In this document: positions 13,769 to 28,030 of the stretch, in pieces | Position numbering within the stretch: position 1 is the first letter of the stretch | How the letters are laid out: every line of letters starts with the position of its first letter | Origin: Octopus sinensis | Taxonomy: Eukaryota | DNA length: 64,000 nt | Reading direction: 5' to 3' | NCBI RefSeq assembly: GCF_006345805.1 | Contig: NC_043006.1 | Coordinates: 26,350,001 to 26,414,000, forward strand | The notes under the pieces: model-generated | Databases searched by the model: none | What the model saw: only the letters and a program-made list of their open reading frames with translations | Told to the model about the DNA's origin: nothing | Position numbers and translations under genes: made by a program

Positions 13769-14415
13769 TTGGTTACCCTCGATGTTATCAATCTTTACAC
13801 CAACATCCCTCATGACTATGGAATAAAAGCAATTAAATTCTGGTTGGAAAAGTACCCCAAAGTCCTCCCGGAATGCATAAACCAGATCTTTATTATTGAA
13901 TCCTTAAAATTTATACTTCAGAACAATTATTTCCTATTTGATGTCACACACTATCGTCAGAAATACGGAATTGCGATGGGAACAAAAGCAGCTCCTGTTC
14001 TTGCGATCCAAATAATGGGTTGTTTTGAATTCACCTTATATGAAGTATCACTTCAGAAATATGGTTACCCATTTTACCTCTACATAAGAGAAAATTGGAT
14101 GAGATACCTAGATGACTTCTTTATCATCTGGAAGGAGAACATCAACAAACATTTGGACTTCAAATCAACACTAAATAACATAAATAGTAACATTCAATTC
14201 ACAATGGAATATAACAAAGAACAACTCCCATTTTTAGACATCATGATAAAAAAAAGTTAACAATGAAATCACAATTGACATTTATTATAAACCAACTGAT
14301 TCAAAACAATATCTTCTCTTTAACTCATGCCACCCGAAACACATCAAAATAAACATCCCTTTCAATTTAGCAAAAATGATCTGCACAATAGTGTCTGATA
14401 GAACAACTCAGGACA
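13769..14415 (+). mobile_element. Penelope-like RT segment, inverted relative to the rest of the element
   Basis: VTLDVINLYTNIPH, QNNYFLFD, GIAMGTKAAP, WMRYLDD, FTMEYNKEQLPFLD, YYKPTDSKQYL..SCHPKHIKINIP. Confidence 0.92.
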
Positions 14416-17309
14416 TACATATATATATATAAATAAATAAATATATAAATATATATATGTATATACATACATATATATATATGTATATACATACATATAT
14501 AAATATATATATACATAAATATATAAATATATATATATATACATACATATATATATATGTATATACATACATAATAAATATGTATATACATAAATATATA
14601 AATATATATATATATAAATATATAAATATATAAATATATAAATATATATATGTATATATATACATATATATATATGTATATACATACAATAATATATATG
14701 TATATACATACATATATAAATATATATATACATAAATATATAAATATATATATATATAAATAATATATGTATATATATACATATATATATATGTATATAC
14801 ATACATATATATATATGTATATACATACATATATAAAATATAATATATTAAATAATATATATGTATATATATACATATGTATATATGTATAGACATAATA
14901 TATATTATGTATATACATACATATATATATATGTATAGACAGACATATATATATAGGTATATCATACATATATATATGTATATATATACATATAGAAATA
15001 TGTATATATATACATATATATTATGTATATTATACAGATTATAATATGTATAGATATACATATAATATATGTATATGATACATAGTAATTATGGGTATAT
15101 ATACATATATATATATGTATATACATACATATATATATATGTATATACATACATATATATAGATGTATATACATACAGATATATAGATATGTATATAAAT
15201 ACATATATCTATATGGTATAGACATACATTATATATATGTATATACATACATATATATATATGTATATACAACTATATATATATGTATATACCAAACATT
15301 ATAGATATGTATATACATACATATATATAGTATATTCATACATATAATTATGTATATACATAATATATATGTATATACATACATATATATGTATATACAT
15401 ACATATATATATGTATATACATACATATATATATGTATATACATACATATATATACATATATATATACAATAATACATATATATATGTATATACATACAT
15501 ATATATATGTATATACATAATATATATATGTATATATATAAATATATATGTATATACATAAATATATATATGTATATACATAAATATATATATGTATATA
15601 CATACATATATAGATATATGATATACATACATATTATATATATGGAATACATAAATATATATATGTATATACATAATATATATATGTATATACATACATA
15701 TATATATATGTATATAATATATATATATGTATACATACATATATATATATGTATATACATACATATATTATATATATGTATATACATACATATATATGTA
15801 TATACATTACATATATATATAGTATATACATACATATATATGTATATACATACATATATAAAATATATTGTATATAAATATATATATATATGTATATACA
15901 TATATATATATATATGTATTATACATATATATATATATATGTATATACATACATATATATATATGTATATACATACATATATATATATGTATATACATAC
16001 ATATATATGTATATACATACATATATATATATATACATACATATATATATATGTATATACATATATATATGTATATACATACATATATATGTATATACAT
16101 ACATATATATGTATATACATACATATATATATATATACATACATATATATGTATATACATACATATATATATATATACATACATTATATGTATATACAAT
16201 ACATATAATATATATATACATACATATATATGTATATACATACATATATATGTATATACATACATATATATGTATATACATAATATATATATATGATATA
16301 CATACATATATATGTATATAATACATATATAATATATGTATATACATACATATATATATATGTATATACATACATATATATGTATATACATACATATATA
16401 TATATGTATATACATACATATATATGTATATACATACATATATATATATATGTATATACATACATATATATATATATGTATATACATACATATATATATA
16501 TGTATATACATACATATATATATATGTATATACATACATATATATATATATATATGCATATACATACATATATATATATGTATATACATACATATATATA
16601 TATATATGCATATACATACATATATATATATATGCATATACATACATATATATATATATATGTATATACATATATATATATATATATGCATATACATACA
16701 TATATATATATATATGCATATACATACATATATATATATATATGTATATACATACATATATATATATATATGTATATACATATATATATTATATATATGC
16801 ATATACATACATATATATATTATATGCATATACATACATATTATATATATATGTATACATATATATATATATGCATATACATACATATATATATATATAT
16901 GTATAACATATATATATATATGCATATACATACATATATATATATAGTTATAACATATATATATATATGATATACATATATATATATATGTATATACATA
17001 TATATATATATTTGCATATACATACATATATATATATATGTATATACATACATATATATAATATGTATATACATACACATATATATATATGCATATACAT
17101 ACATATATATATATGCATATACATACATATATATATATGTATATACATACATATATATATATATGTATATACATACATATATATATATATGTATATACAT
17201 ACATATATATATATGCATATACATACATATATATATGTATATACATACATATATATATATATGTATATACATACATATATATATATATGTATATACATAT
17301 ATATATATG

Positions 17310-17340
<31 letters not shown>

Positions 17341-18495
17341 GCATATACATACATATATATATATGTATATACATACATATATATATATATATGTATATAC
17401 ATACCTATATAATATATGTATATACATACATATATATATATATATATGTATATACATATATATATATATATATGTATATACATACATATATATATATATA
17501 TATGTATATACATACATATATATATATATATGTATATACATACATATATATTATATATATGTATATACATACATATATATATATATTATGTATATACATA
17601 CATATATATATATATATATGTAATACATACATAATATATATATATATATGTATATACATACATATATATATATATTGTATATACATACATATATATATAT
17701 ATATGTTATACATACATATATATATATATATGTATATACATACATATATATATATATGTATATACATACATATATATATATATGTATATATATTATATAC
17801 ATACATAATATATATATATGTGTGTAATACATACATATATATATGTATATACATACATATATATATATATATATGTATATACATACATATATATATGCAT
17901 ATACATGTATATACATACATATATATATGCATATACATACATATATATATATATATATATATGTATATACATACATATATATATGCATATACATACAATA
18001 TATATATATATATGTATATACATACATTATATATGCATATACATACATATATATATATATATATGTATATACATACATATATATATGCATATACATACAT
18101 ATATAATATATGTATATACATACATATATATAATATATATATATGCAATACATATATATATATATAATACATATATATATATATATGTATATACATACAT
18201 ATATATATATATATATGTATATACATACATATATATATACATACATATACATACATATATATATATACATACATATATAGATATACATATACAACATATA
18301 TATATATATATATATATACATACATATATATATATACATACATATATACACACATATATAAATACATATATATATATACACACATATACATATTTATATA
18401 AATACACACACACACATATATAAATACACACACACACACACATAAATACACACACACACACACAATATATATATATATATACATACATACATACA

Positions 18496-18525
<30 letters not shown>
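14416..18525. repeat. 4.1-kb microsatellite of quasi-palindromic ATATGTATATACATACATAT units
   Basis: Direct inspection. Confidence 0.96.
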
Positions 18526-18526
<1 letters not shown>

Positions 18527-20930
18527 GTTGGTTGAGTCGATTTGCAGCCTTCATCCATTGTCTCATAAGGATCTTCCTCTCTGTTGGAACCTTGTTCCTA
18601 TTTGTTTTGGCCTTTTGCTCTGGTACATATTTCTCGCATATTGCTTGCGCAACAGACATGAAACATTGTAGTTTCATGTCAATGTCTGGTGCTGAGAGAC
18701 ATTTCAGCCAGTTTTCTCTGAGGATCTCTTTTTAGATCAATTTCCAGTCTGCTTTGTGTAAGTTCAGGTCGGAGAGATTTCGGGTGCTTCCTGTAGGCCT
18801 TATGTCTCTAGTTACTTTCATCTCAAACATAGACAGCTCTATTATGTTGTGATCCAAGACTAACGTCGGTATCAGTTTCACATCGTAAATATATGTCCAT
18901 ATTTTTTGTGAAGCACAGATCCAGAATGTTATTTGCCCTAGCTGGTCTCAGTACAGTTTGCTCCATGAATAGGGCCTTGGTGAGGTTGAGCAAGGACTCC
19001 ACCTGTGCTTGCTTGCAATGAGTCATTCCTGAGAGTATGAGACCTTCGGGCAATTTGAAATCACTCATAAGAAATATGGTCACGTGGTGTTCCAGTTTCA
19101 TGAAGATTTCTTTAATTCTTGTGAGGCAATCTTCAAACTTGCCTATGTGGTTTGGAGCATCCTGTGGGCAATATGTATTGCATGTGACTATATTATGTTG
19201 TCTTATGTATACAATTAACGTGTCACATACCAAATTTGAGTATGACAGTAAGACCTGGGGTGTTAGGTCGTCACGGATGTATACAGCATCTCTACCATGG
19301 CTCCTTTCCCTTCAGTCTGTTTGCAGTATGGCATAGTTTGGTATATGTACTTCTGCATCCTCTATATCAGGGCTGAGGTGAGTTACCACGAGTGCCATGC
19401 ATAGGGCTTGATTGCATGCAATAAGATCTCTCAGGAAAGAAATTTTGCTTTTATATGATGCAACAGGCCCCCAATATTTAGTAAAAGTATTGGGATGATG
19501 ACTGTGCAGGGGTTAGGGGAGGCCATCCCATGTCTGTTGACTGCGGTGGTCTTGCACAGTGGTGGGCAAGGTTCCTTGTTTGTGCTTGATGAAGCCAGGT
19601 CAGCTGCTGTACCATCTTTTGCGCCATGTACAAAAAAGACTCTTGCTCAGCTGCTGCGTTGCGCATAACATCTGAAGAGCAAACTTCTTTTGTGAATTTC
19701 TTCCTTGGAGACATTTGTTGTCTTTCCTCAGGGAAGTTTTTCTCTTTAAGGCCCCTATAGTTTTGGTAGGATGTCGGGTGGGCAAACCAGCAGATTTTGC
19801 GGTCTTCCCCATGCCAACATTTGCCTTACATATAAAATTTGCAGGTTCTTGAGTGCCTTCCAAATTTCTTCTTTCCTGTAGGGTTTTGGATGGCATTTGA
19901 TACTCCATGGGGTTTTCTGTTGATTGTTTGGTGGGTTGGGGTTTCGGTTTTGGTTGTTTCATCTTTGCCTTTTCCTTCCTTTCCTTCTTTATTTTTGTGT
20001 TCCATCCTTCCTTTTCTTGTGGTGGGAACCTTTTTTCCTCTGGTTTTCTAATGGGGTGAGGACTCTGTTCCTTTGTAGGACCACTGGCACAGAGGGGCTT
20101 CTAGTTACTGCTACCTTGGCTCCCCTATCCTTTTCTGCCTGATCATTCACAGGGGTGGGTGATTCATTCTTTTGAGGAACTAGTGGATCAAAGAGACTTC
20201 CGGGTTTTGTTTCCTTTTCATCTTTTCCATCCGTATCAGCCTTGCCACAATAGTTTTTGATTATGTCATCCAGAGTGTCACTGTGTGATCTTATGAGTAT
20301 ATAAGATCAAATGAATTCATTCTTCTTCCACTCTATCTGATCAATGGTTCTTTGAAAGCCATTGTTCTTCAGTGCAGCAGTGATGATGATGTTTGGCGGA
20401 TTGCCGCTAGCAATCATCCATGCTCGCAACAGAAGATTTAATTCTTTCTTATCCACTTTGGTGCCATCTTCGTTTTTTAAGCCCAGAGGGGGAGTAGAGG
20501 GTAGAGAGGAAGTGAGAGATAGAGGGAGGTAGAAAAGAAACAGAGGGGGGAATAAGGAAAGAGAGATGGTGATATGAGGAGAGAGGGGGTATGGGGTGAT
20601 AGAGAGACAGAGGAAGGTAGAGGAAGGGAAGAGAGACAGATTGAAGGAAAGGAGGGGAAGAGAGAGGACAGGAAGAGAAAGAGAGACAGAGCGAGGGAGA
20701 GACAGGAAAAGATGAAGGATGTGAGAGAAACGGAGAAACGGAGTGCGAAGAGGGGGGAAAATAAGAAGTATATGAGGGAAGAGGTGAGGTGACAGGAGGA
20801 GAGATAGATGGAAAGGAAAGGAAAGAGAAGTGAGAAAAGAGGAAGATATGAAAGAAGAGAGGAGAGGGAAAGGGAAGAATATATGTAAGAGAGGGAGAGA
20901 GGAAGAGGTAGGCATGAAAGAGAGAGTGGG
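18526..20930 (-). mobile_element. 5' half of a third CR1-group LINE (pyrimidine 5' UTR, ORF1 with CCCH finger, APE)
   Basis: ORF1 ATG ~20467; CKFYM*GKCWHGEDRKICWFAH at ~19770-19840; APE MSDFKLP..PARANNILDLCFT; colinear with 2400-4885; GA tract 20485-20930. Confidence 0.85.
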
Positions 20931-21101
20931 AGCAGTTTTCCAATGCTGGTACATTGAGATAGTTTTTAGACAGCATCCTTTCGTGTGAAATTGTGGTTGA
21001 GACTTCTCCGAATGTCCTCGATGTTTGACAATGCAACAACAAAAATCAATACTGACACCGAAACTAATAAAACAAATAAGCAATATACCACCACTCTTCA
21101 T
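20925..21101 (-). CDS. Candidate host coding exon encoding a signal-peptide-like N-terminus (MKSGGILLICFISFGVSIDFCCC...)
   Basis: Non-repetitive open frame with hydrophobic N-terminus; upstream polypyrimidine+CAG at ~21143-21180; cut off by the GA tract. Confidence 0.3.
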
Positions 21102-21522
21102 TGGTAAAATTTTAATGAAATAAATGCACTTTATTAGATTTACTGAATTCATGCAATGAAAAAATTAAAAGAGAAAATGTTTTAAAGTTTTGGAAATCAG
21201 CTTTTGTATATACTTTAAAATTAATTTGAAACCTCATAAAAAATACTTTGTAATAATAAAAATTAATAATAAAAATTCATAATAATAAAACATGGAGTAC
21301 GGCAGCTTATATCACTGAACTAAGCACATGACATAGTTTCAAGTCTTCAGCCATTGCGATATGTTTCACTCTTTATAAGTGAACGGATTAAATAACAAAA
21401 AAATAAAATAGATTCTACTCATTCTTCTCAACTGAAGTGGGTTAGCCATAAAAATAATTGCTCCTAGAAATAAATCTTGCAAGTAAGGAAAAAAAAAAAA
21501 AGAGGAAAAAAAGAAAACCTAC

Positions 21523-21583
21523 CAGGTGGTCAGTGTAAGTAGCATCTCCCAATTCTTTTTAAGTATCCAATATAAGAAAACTC
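21523..21583 (-). other. Candidate 61-nt internal exon of the minus-strand host gene
   Basis: Acceptor ttctttctgtttcag and donor G|GTAGGT; stays open after the phase-1 exon at 35270-35327 (GVFLYWILKKNWEMLLTLTT). Confidence 0.5.
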
Positions 21584-21764
21584 CTGAAACAGAAAGAATA
21601 TTTTGATCATTATATTAATGCAAATTTTACTATTTTATTCTTTTTTTTTTTTTCTTTTCTGTTGACATGAAAGCAGTGTCTCAATATAACTGCAGTTTAG
21701 TGACTGCAACAAGTAAAAGCAGAAGGTCAAATTTTTATTGTTTTCTTTAAAAAAAAAAAGTATG

Positions 21765-22335
21765 ACTGTGGTTAAAAAATTTGATTCACAACCATGATTC
21801 TAGGTTCAGTTCCACCAGATCACATGTTGAGAAGGCACTCTACATTGACCAATGCCTTATGAGTAAGTCTATTTCTTTACTACCCACAAGGCGCTAAACA
21901 CAGAGAGGACAAACAAGGACAGACAAACGGATTAAGTCAATTATATCGACCTAGTGCGTAACTGGTACTTATTCAATCGACCCCGAAAGGATGAAAGGCA
22001 AAGTCGACCTCAGCGGAATTTGAACTCAGAACGTAACGGCAGACGAAATACAGCTACGCATTTCGCTCGATGTGCTAACGTTTCTGCCAGCTCGCCGCCC
22101 TATGAGTAAATCTGGCAGACAAAAAAAAGTGCAGAAGCCCACCATATGTGTGCACAGGTTTATGTCCCACTACTTGACAACAGGTGCTGGACTGTTTACA
22201 TCTCAGTAAATTAGTGAAAAGAGACTGATAGAACAAGTAGCTTCAACTAAGTATTGGGTTTAGTATGATAGACTAAAACTCTTCAAGGCAGTAGTAGCAC
22301 AGCACAGCTACAATCAGATGATTGAAACAAGCTAA
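21765..22335 (+). mobile_element. Old tRNA-derived SINE (family A) interrupted by a younger SINE
   Basis: Head TGACTGTGGTTAA..GGTTCAGTTCC, tail CAATCAGATGATTGAAACAAG; homologous to 41703-42062 and 49638-50248. Confidence 0.75.
21867..22100 (-). mobile_element. tRNA-derived SINE (family B) with TATGAGTAA target-site duplication
   Basis: GGCGGCGAGCTGGCAGAA..GAGTTCAAATTCC (A/B boxes); central GCCTTTCATCCTTTCGGGGTCGA block resembling the Meta-SINE domain; TSD 21858-21866/22101-22109. Confidence 0.88.
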
Positions 22336-22750
22336 AGAATCTTGTAAATAATAAGATTTTACAACCAGAACCATATACAAGAATTACAGTGAATTCGCTC
22401 TCTTTTTTCAGGCACCTTGCCTATAGACATCAAAAATCATGGATATCCATGCCAAAGGTTGAAGTTACATAATTTTTTCTTCTGCTAGTTTATATATTGT
22501 CTGCTTTGTTAGTCTCTTGCTCTCTTTATCATCAGTATTGCCACTGTTTTTAAGCCTGCAAGACTTTTTTACGACAATGTTCTGTAGCAGCATATTCTTT
22601 CTGACACCATCCTTTACATATTTTCAGCTCAAATCTCACACAACCCCAACTGCGTGCAATTATGTGAGATTCAACTATTTTGATACACGAGGTAACTTTA
22701 GACACCCTATATTCTAAATAAAAGTAACAGGATGTTCAACTACAATATCT

Positions 22751-22945
22751 TTAATTCTTTTGATACCAACCTGCCTGAGACCACTCCTGATTCTTTGATA
22801 CAAACATCTCGTCTAAAAATTATCTAAACTAAAACCTTCCATTAAAATTTCCTTTTAATAACAACAAAGTTATGCTACTAAATACTTATCAAAATTAATT
22901 GAACCAAAGTGTATTTTAACATCAATATAGTAAACTAAAGGTTTA
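22751..22945. mobile_element. Diverged piggyBac-type MITE related to 26008-26228
   Basis: TTAA-TTCTTTTGATACCAACC start and TAGTAAACTAAAGGTTTA end, colinear with the younger copy. Confidence 0.55.
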
Positions 22946-23699
22946 TCACAGTTCAGCTGGGTTAAGTCAGGGACCAAACTACATTAATCAGAAACATGTC
23001 ATACAACTCACACAAGCAAGACAGTTTCACAATCACAATCAAACAAACACACTTTACTGAATCAACAAGAGCCTCAACAATCAACCTGCTAAAAATAGCA
23101 ACCAAATTCCCTCATCACACTCCCACTGTCTGAAAGGAAAGGAAACATTTGACAATGTAACTAAAACGGTATGATGGTCAAGTCAGAATACATTTGATCA
23201 CAACTGTTCAATCAGGGCATACCTAGAACCAAACAACACTTTTCATAAAAAAAGAAGCCAATGAAGTAGTCACTAACTCAGTAATGGCAAACCTATGATG
23301 TCAACAAAAATTTAATACATCTCACAACACCAGTTTCCATCTTTTTAACAACTTACAAACCATTGGTTGATGGAATATTAAGAGAAAAGTATTTACGCTA
23401 AGAAATCCCAAACATTTAACCATCTATGTTCATGTACATATGCACACATACAATGCCTATGTATTCCTCTATTATCCATATACATTCCAGACACCTCACA
23501 CCAGATACATAATTTCACAACAGAATCAAATTTAGATTGGACATCATTTACCAAGACATACATAGTGAATACAGTTCATTCCTCCATTAAAAAAATTTAA
23601 ATATTCAAAATAAATGAGAATTTAAGATCAAACCACAAAACAGTCTCTACTAGAAGCACAAATCACTTTACCATTGCAAATTTAGCACACATAGAAGGC

Positions 23700-25360
23700 G
23701 TCACCACTATTATTATTTACAAATTCAAATTATACTGGTCTACAATCCAAATATAACCTTTTTGACCTACCAGATCTAGTTTTTAAGTTACTGAGTCCTA
23801 TAATCACGTGGACACCTGTTATTTTTGTAACCTAAATTTGAAGGATATTAACTGGAAAAGATCACCAAACACTCGTCTATCCTAATACTGCCTCTGCTAT
23901 TAAACCAGTTCCATACAGTGAAGAGCTTCCTGTTACTGTTTTCAATGTCTTGCTAAGATAACTTTACTCTCAACCAAAGAAGATTCATCACCTGAAGATG
24001 ACACTAGAGATCAAGGCTTTTCAATTGAGACTTTACCTCAGCTATTCTCCCAGGTAGAGCTGAATGATCTAGTTCATGAATTGAACCTCCCAAAAAATTC
24101 TGCAGAACTATTGGCTTCCCAATTGAAAGAGAAGAATCTTCTAGAGAATGGTGTCTGTATAACCTTTTATCAGAATCGGAATGAAGATTTTCTTTCTTTA
24201 CAAAAGAAGAAGAGCTGGTTTACTGCAGAGATATCAGTTGGCTTTTTAATAAACTTGGCATTGAGGAATACAAACCAGAGGAATGGTATCTAAGCGTAGT
24301 TTAAAATGTGTATTGTTGCACAATGGAAATGTGTATAGCTCTGTCCCACTCTGCCATGAAAATATGAAGAAACTAAGTTGGTTTTAGAGAAAATACTGTA
24401 TCATAAGCATAAATGGGTCATCTGCATTGATTTAAAGATGGTGAATTTTCTCATGGGGCAGCAATCTGGTTATACCAAATACCCATGCTTTCTTTGCATG
24501 TGGAACAGTAGAGACTGAGTAAACCACAATATTAAGAAAGACTGGCTGTCTGCAACAAATATGGCTCCATGTAGAGCTGCCAATATATTGGAAGAACCTT
24601 TAGTTGAATGAGATAAGATCATTTCACCCCCTTTGTACATCAAACACAGATTGATCAAGCAATTCATCAAAGCTCTTGACAAAAATGGGGAGTGCTTCAA
24701 GTATATCTGCAGTGTATTTCCAGACTTGGTGATTGAAAAACTTAAAGCAGGGATTTTTGATGGACCACAGATCCTTAAGCTCTTGGGGGACACAAATTTC
24801 ATGAAAACAATGAGCAAAAATGAAGCATCAGCTTGGCTAGCCTTTGCAGAAATAGTGCAAAATTTCCTTGGTGTTAATATGAGCATCTAAATGCATCATC
24901 TTTTTAGTCATCTTGATTGTTTTCCTGAAAATCTGAGATGTTAGCGATGAACAAGGCGAACAATTCCATCAGAACATCAAGGAGATGGAAACTTGGTACC
25001 AAGAACGTTGGGATGCTGTGATGATGGCAAACTATTGCTGGTGTTTAAAACAAGATATTCCTGTTGCTCAACATTCATGGTGCACAAAGAAGCATAAATT
25101 TATTCCTTGAATTTTCAGCCAAAAATCTTTGCCAATGTGCATTTTCAATTTTTATTTCTACTTTGTTTTTTATTACACTCTATTGATTCATATTATATGC
25201 CTCATGTATGAATAAAATACTTACTCTATCAGGTTTAGTCAGAAAACTAGACCTGACAGAGAAAAACTGAAGTTATTTTTGAATTTAGCAGGCAAAAATC
25301 ACTTAGGAATTCATTGAAATATTCCAGGCATGAGACAAAAAAAAATTTTTTTTTTAGTAA
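23700..25360 (+). mobile_element. Decayed DNA transposon, Chapaev-3/CMC-like transposase pseudogene
   Basis: FSQVELNDLVHELNLPKNSAELLASQLKEKNLL; DLKMVNFLMGQQSGYTKYPCFLC; PLYIKHRLIKQFIKALDK..KAGIFDGPQI; SDEQGEQFHQ..YQERW..MMANYCW; superfamily assignment from recall only. Confidence 0.75.
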
Positions 25361-26007
25361 TTATTAATAAATGTGATATGCTTGCCTATGTAATAATTGC
25401 ATATGTCAAAATTTTTTATCTGCACTGAGAGCACAACAGATGTAAATTCAAATGTTAAACTGAAATCTGATAAAAAAAAATAAAATACAAACTCAGAACA
25501 GACAATGGAAAAACTAAGAATCAAAGTAACTTCTTGTACATTTCACTCATCACACATAATCAATTAACAATAATTCATTTACTTTCAAAGTCTAAACTGT
25601 ACGCAATTGTAATTGTTGCTTGAGGCATTAAAACAGCACTAAGCACTCTTCTATGTGAGAAACAAAGTTTAGTCTTTTAGAGAACTTTCTCTCAAAAGAC
25701 TTCCTGTGAGATTATTTTTTGTATTTTATCAAGTGAATTTCTTTGGATTTTTTTCTTCCTTGATTTAACATAATGGTGTTAATACCGCAAGCAATGAGTT
25801 AGAATTTAGTAGCATTTACTAATGTTTTAGGAGAAAATATTTAGTCATATTTTGACATCCTCTATACACACCAACAATGTAATATCAGGATTTACCGATT
25901 CCAAGTGGGAGTGAAGTTATAGTTGACCATGGCATTGATACTTTCATTAGCAAATGGTAAGGATTAAACAAAAAAAAACAAAAAAACAATTTACTGACAT
26001 ATTTTAA

Positions 26008-26228
26008 CCCTTTCGTTACCAACCCGGCTGAAACCGGCTCTAGCTCTTTAGTACAAATGTCTTGTTTTCACAAGTTTTGAATTAAAATCTTCCACCAAAC
26101 CTTAGTCACAATTTATGTTCCTGACACTAGCTTAATGATAACTAAGTTATTTTACTAAATTCTTTGTTATATTTAAAGTAATTGAAAGAAACACAGAGCA
26201 TCTCAAAATAAATACAGTAACAAAAGGG
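26008..26228. mobile_element. piggyBac-type MITE with TTAA target-site duplication
   Basis: TTAA|CCCTTTCGTTAC...GTAACAAAAGGG|TTAA; 11/12 TIR match, 221 bp, non-coding. Confidence 0.9.
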
Positions 26229-27039
26229 TTAAATACAGGGTCTCTGCATATTGGTGGATTTATGAGGGGAGCATTATTATTATAAGAGTAAATAGCATTA
26301 ATTTATCAATGCTGTGAGACAAAACCTTTGAAAGGAGATAAAGGCATATCTTGCAATACTTTTCTTCTCATGGGAGTTGTGCAGCTGACACGTTATAGAG
26401 ACTACTAGAGCACAAATTCAAGTTTGAAACAAGAAACCAATGTCCCAGCATTGATTTCAAACATACATGCAAAAGCACACATCAACTCATATGGTACAGA
26501 CAGAATCTATTGATAGAAACTTAGACATATTGAACTAAATGCAATTCACTGTAATCTCTAGTTTCCTATAGGATTGGGAGATTTATAGAGAAAAAATATA
26601 GGCATTTCAGAGGAGATCTTGATAATTCATGTGTTGTCACTTCTGACGACCATCTGAATATTTCTATAAATGCATTTCTGATATTTGACCTTATCATTCA
26701 CCATCATTAAATTACCAAACTTACATAATTACATATTTGCAGCCATTATCACAAAAATATACTGTATATGGATTACATACATTTATATTGATGAATGCAT
26801 CAATGGTCAACCAGACTAGCTATATTGTAGGTACAAGACTTGGACTGAAAGTAATGCCAAAGTTGACATAACTTTTTTTTTTCTCCATACTAGGTGTGAG
26901 TAGCCATATGGGTCCTTCTTCAAGAACCTGCTCCACACCATTCTCTCATATTAATCCTTTCATCCCCCAAGCACAAAATTGGTCCCACCCCCACCTACCC
27001 CAGGGCTCATAGTCTTTTTTTAACAGTATGGCAACCTAA

Positions 27040-27230
27040 ATAGTGCAGGTGGCGTGATAAAAGCACCCAGCCCACTTTGTTAAGTGGCTGGCATTAGGAA
27101 GGACATCCAGTCATAAAAACCATGCCAAAGCAGATATTGAAGCTTGATGCAGTCCTTGGACACCTAAGTTCCTATCAAAGAATCTAACCCATGCCAGCAT
27201 GGAACATGGTTGTTAACTGATGATGATGAT
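27040..27230 (+). mobile_element. Orphan RTE 3' tail (diverged)
   Basis: GGCATTAGGAAGGACATCCAG..CCCATGCCAGCATGGAA..(GAT)n. Confidence 0.75.
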
Positions 27231-27419
27231 TGTAAATCATTCAAACTGAAAACTGTTATAACTCTTCTTCCTATTCTTCTTCATTGCAGGTAAATAATAG
27301 GTTCCATGCAGAAGCAGTGTACCATCATTGTCAGAAGGCTACAGGTATTTACATAGAGGACACCACAAACATCTATGCAATGTGCATAGATGAACGAAGA
27401 AGCACAAAAAAGTAGAAAT

Positions 27420-28030
27420 CAGCACTGAAGACAAACCATGGAGTCAGAGACCATCAATACTGACCACTGACACGAATTGGCTGCAAGTGGGTGAATTAAG
27501 TTGCACAGACTGATGTCATTATCTCTGAGCTTGCTACATAACTGGACTATGGTCACAATGCATTAAAGAAAATAGACATCAAAAAGTGTGTGCAAAGTAT
27601 ATACCTCAGCAGCTGACTCATGATTTGAAGGAGAAAAGTGTAGATGTCTGCTCAATTCTGCTGGAAATGTTTGAAACAAATGAAAACACGTTTTTTACTG
27701 ATCTGATGACAGGAGATGAAATGAACTGCGGGTATGTCTTTATAGGAAATAGCACCATACTTTCCAAAGTCCAAGTTCAAGGGCCATCAATCAGTATAAA
27801 AAGTTATGTCTTTTCAATGACATGGTCATCATTCTCCTCAATTTCCTAGGACATGGCTGTACTGTGAACAGTAAATGAGACAATAAAAAAACTTTAAAAA
27901 GTCCAAAGGAGGAAAACAGAGGGAACAAGAATCATACAACCCAGATCTGGTGCCCTCTGACTTTCACCTGTTCAGTCCAATGAAGGATAGTCATCATGGA
28001 CATAGAGGAAGTGGTTGTGAAGAAGTGGAA
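27420..28030 (+). mobile_element. Highly decayed mariner transposase remnant
   Basis: CAKYIPQQLT (WVPxxL-like), LMTGDE, YNPDLVPSDFHLF (YSPDLAP-like). Confidence 0.75.

Noticed and set aside
7780-18526. LINE 2 and LINE 3 as one element split by an 11-kb insertion
   Set aside because: They overlap over the same homologous segment (~7540-7780 vs ~18526-18780) with diverged sequence, so they are separate copies
9306-18677. Many long ORFs (up to 587 aa) of Y/I/M/V/C/H/T
   Set aside because: Translations of stop-poor TA/CA microsatellite; same at 15-406, 5239-5478, 7801-8351 and 59722-60822
27262-27296. Polypyrimidine-CAG|GTAAAT (recursive-splice-like) on the plus strand
   Set aside because: Opposite to the inferred gene and adjacent to a mariner remnant; no other support
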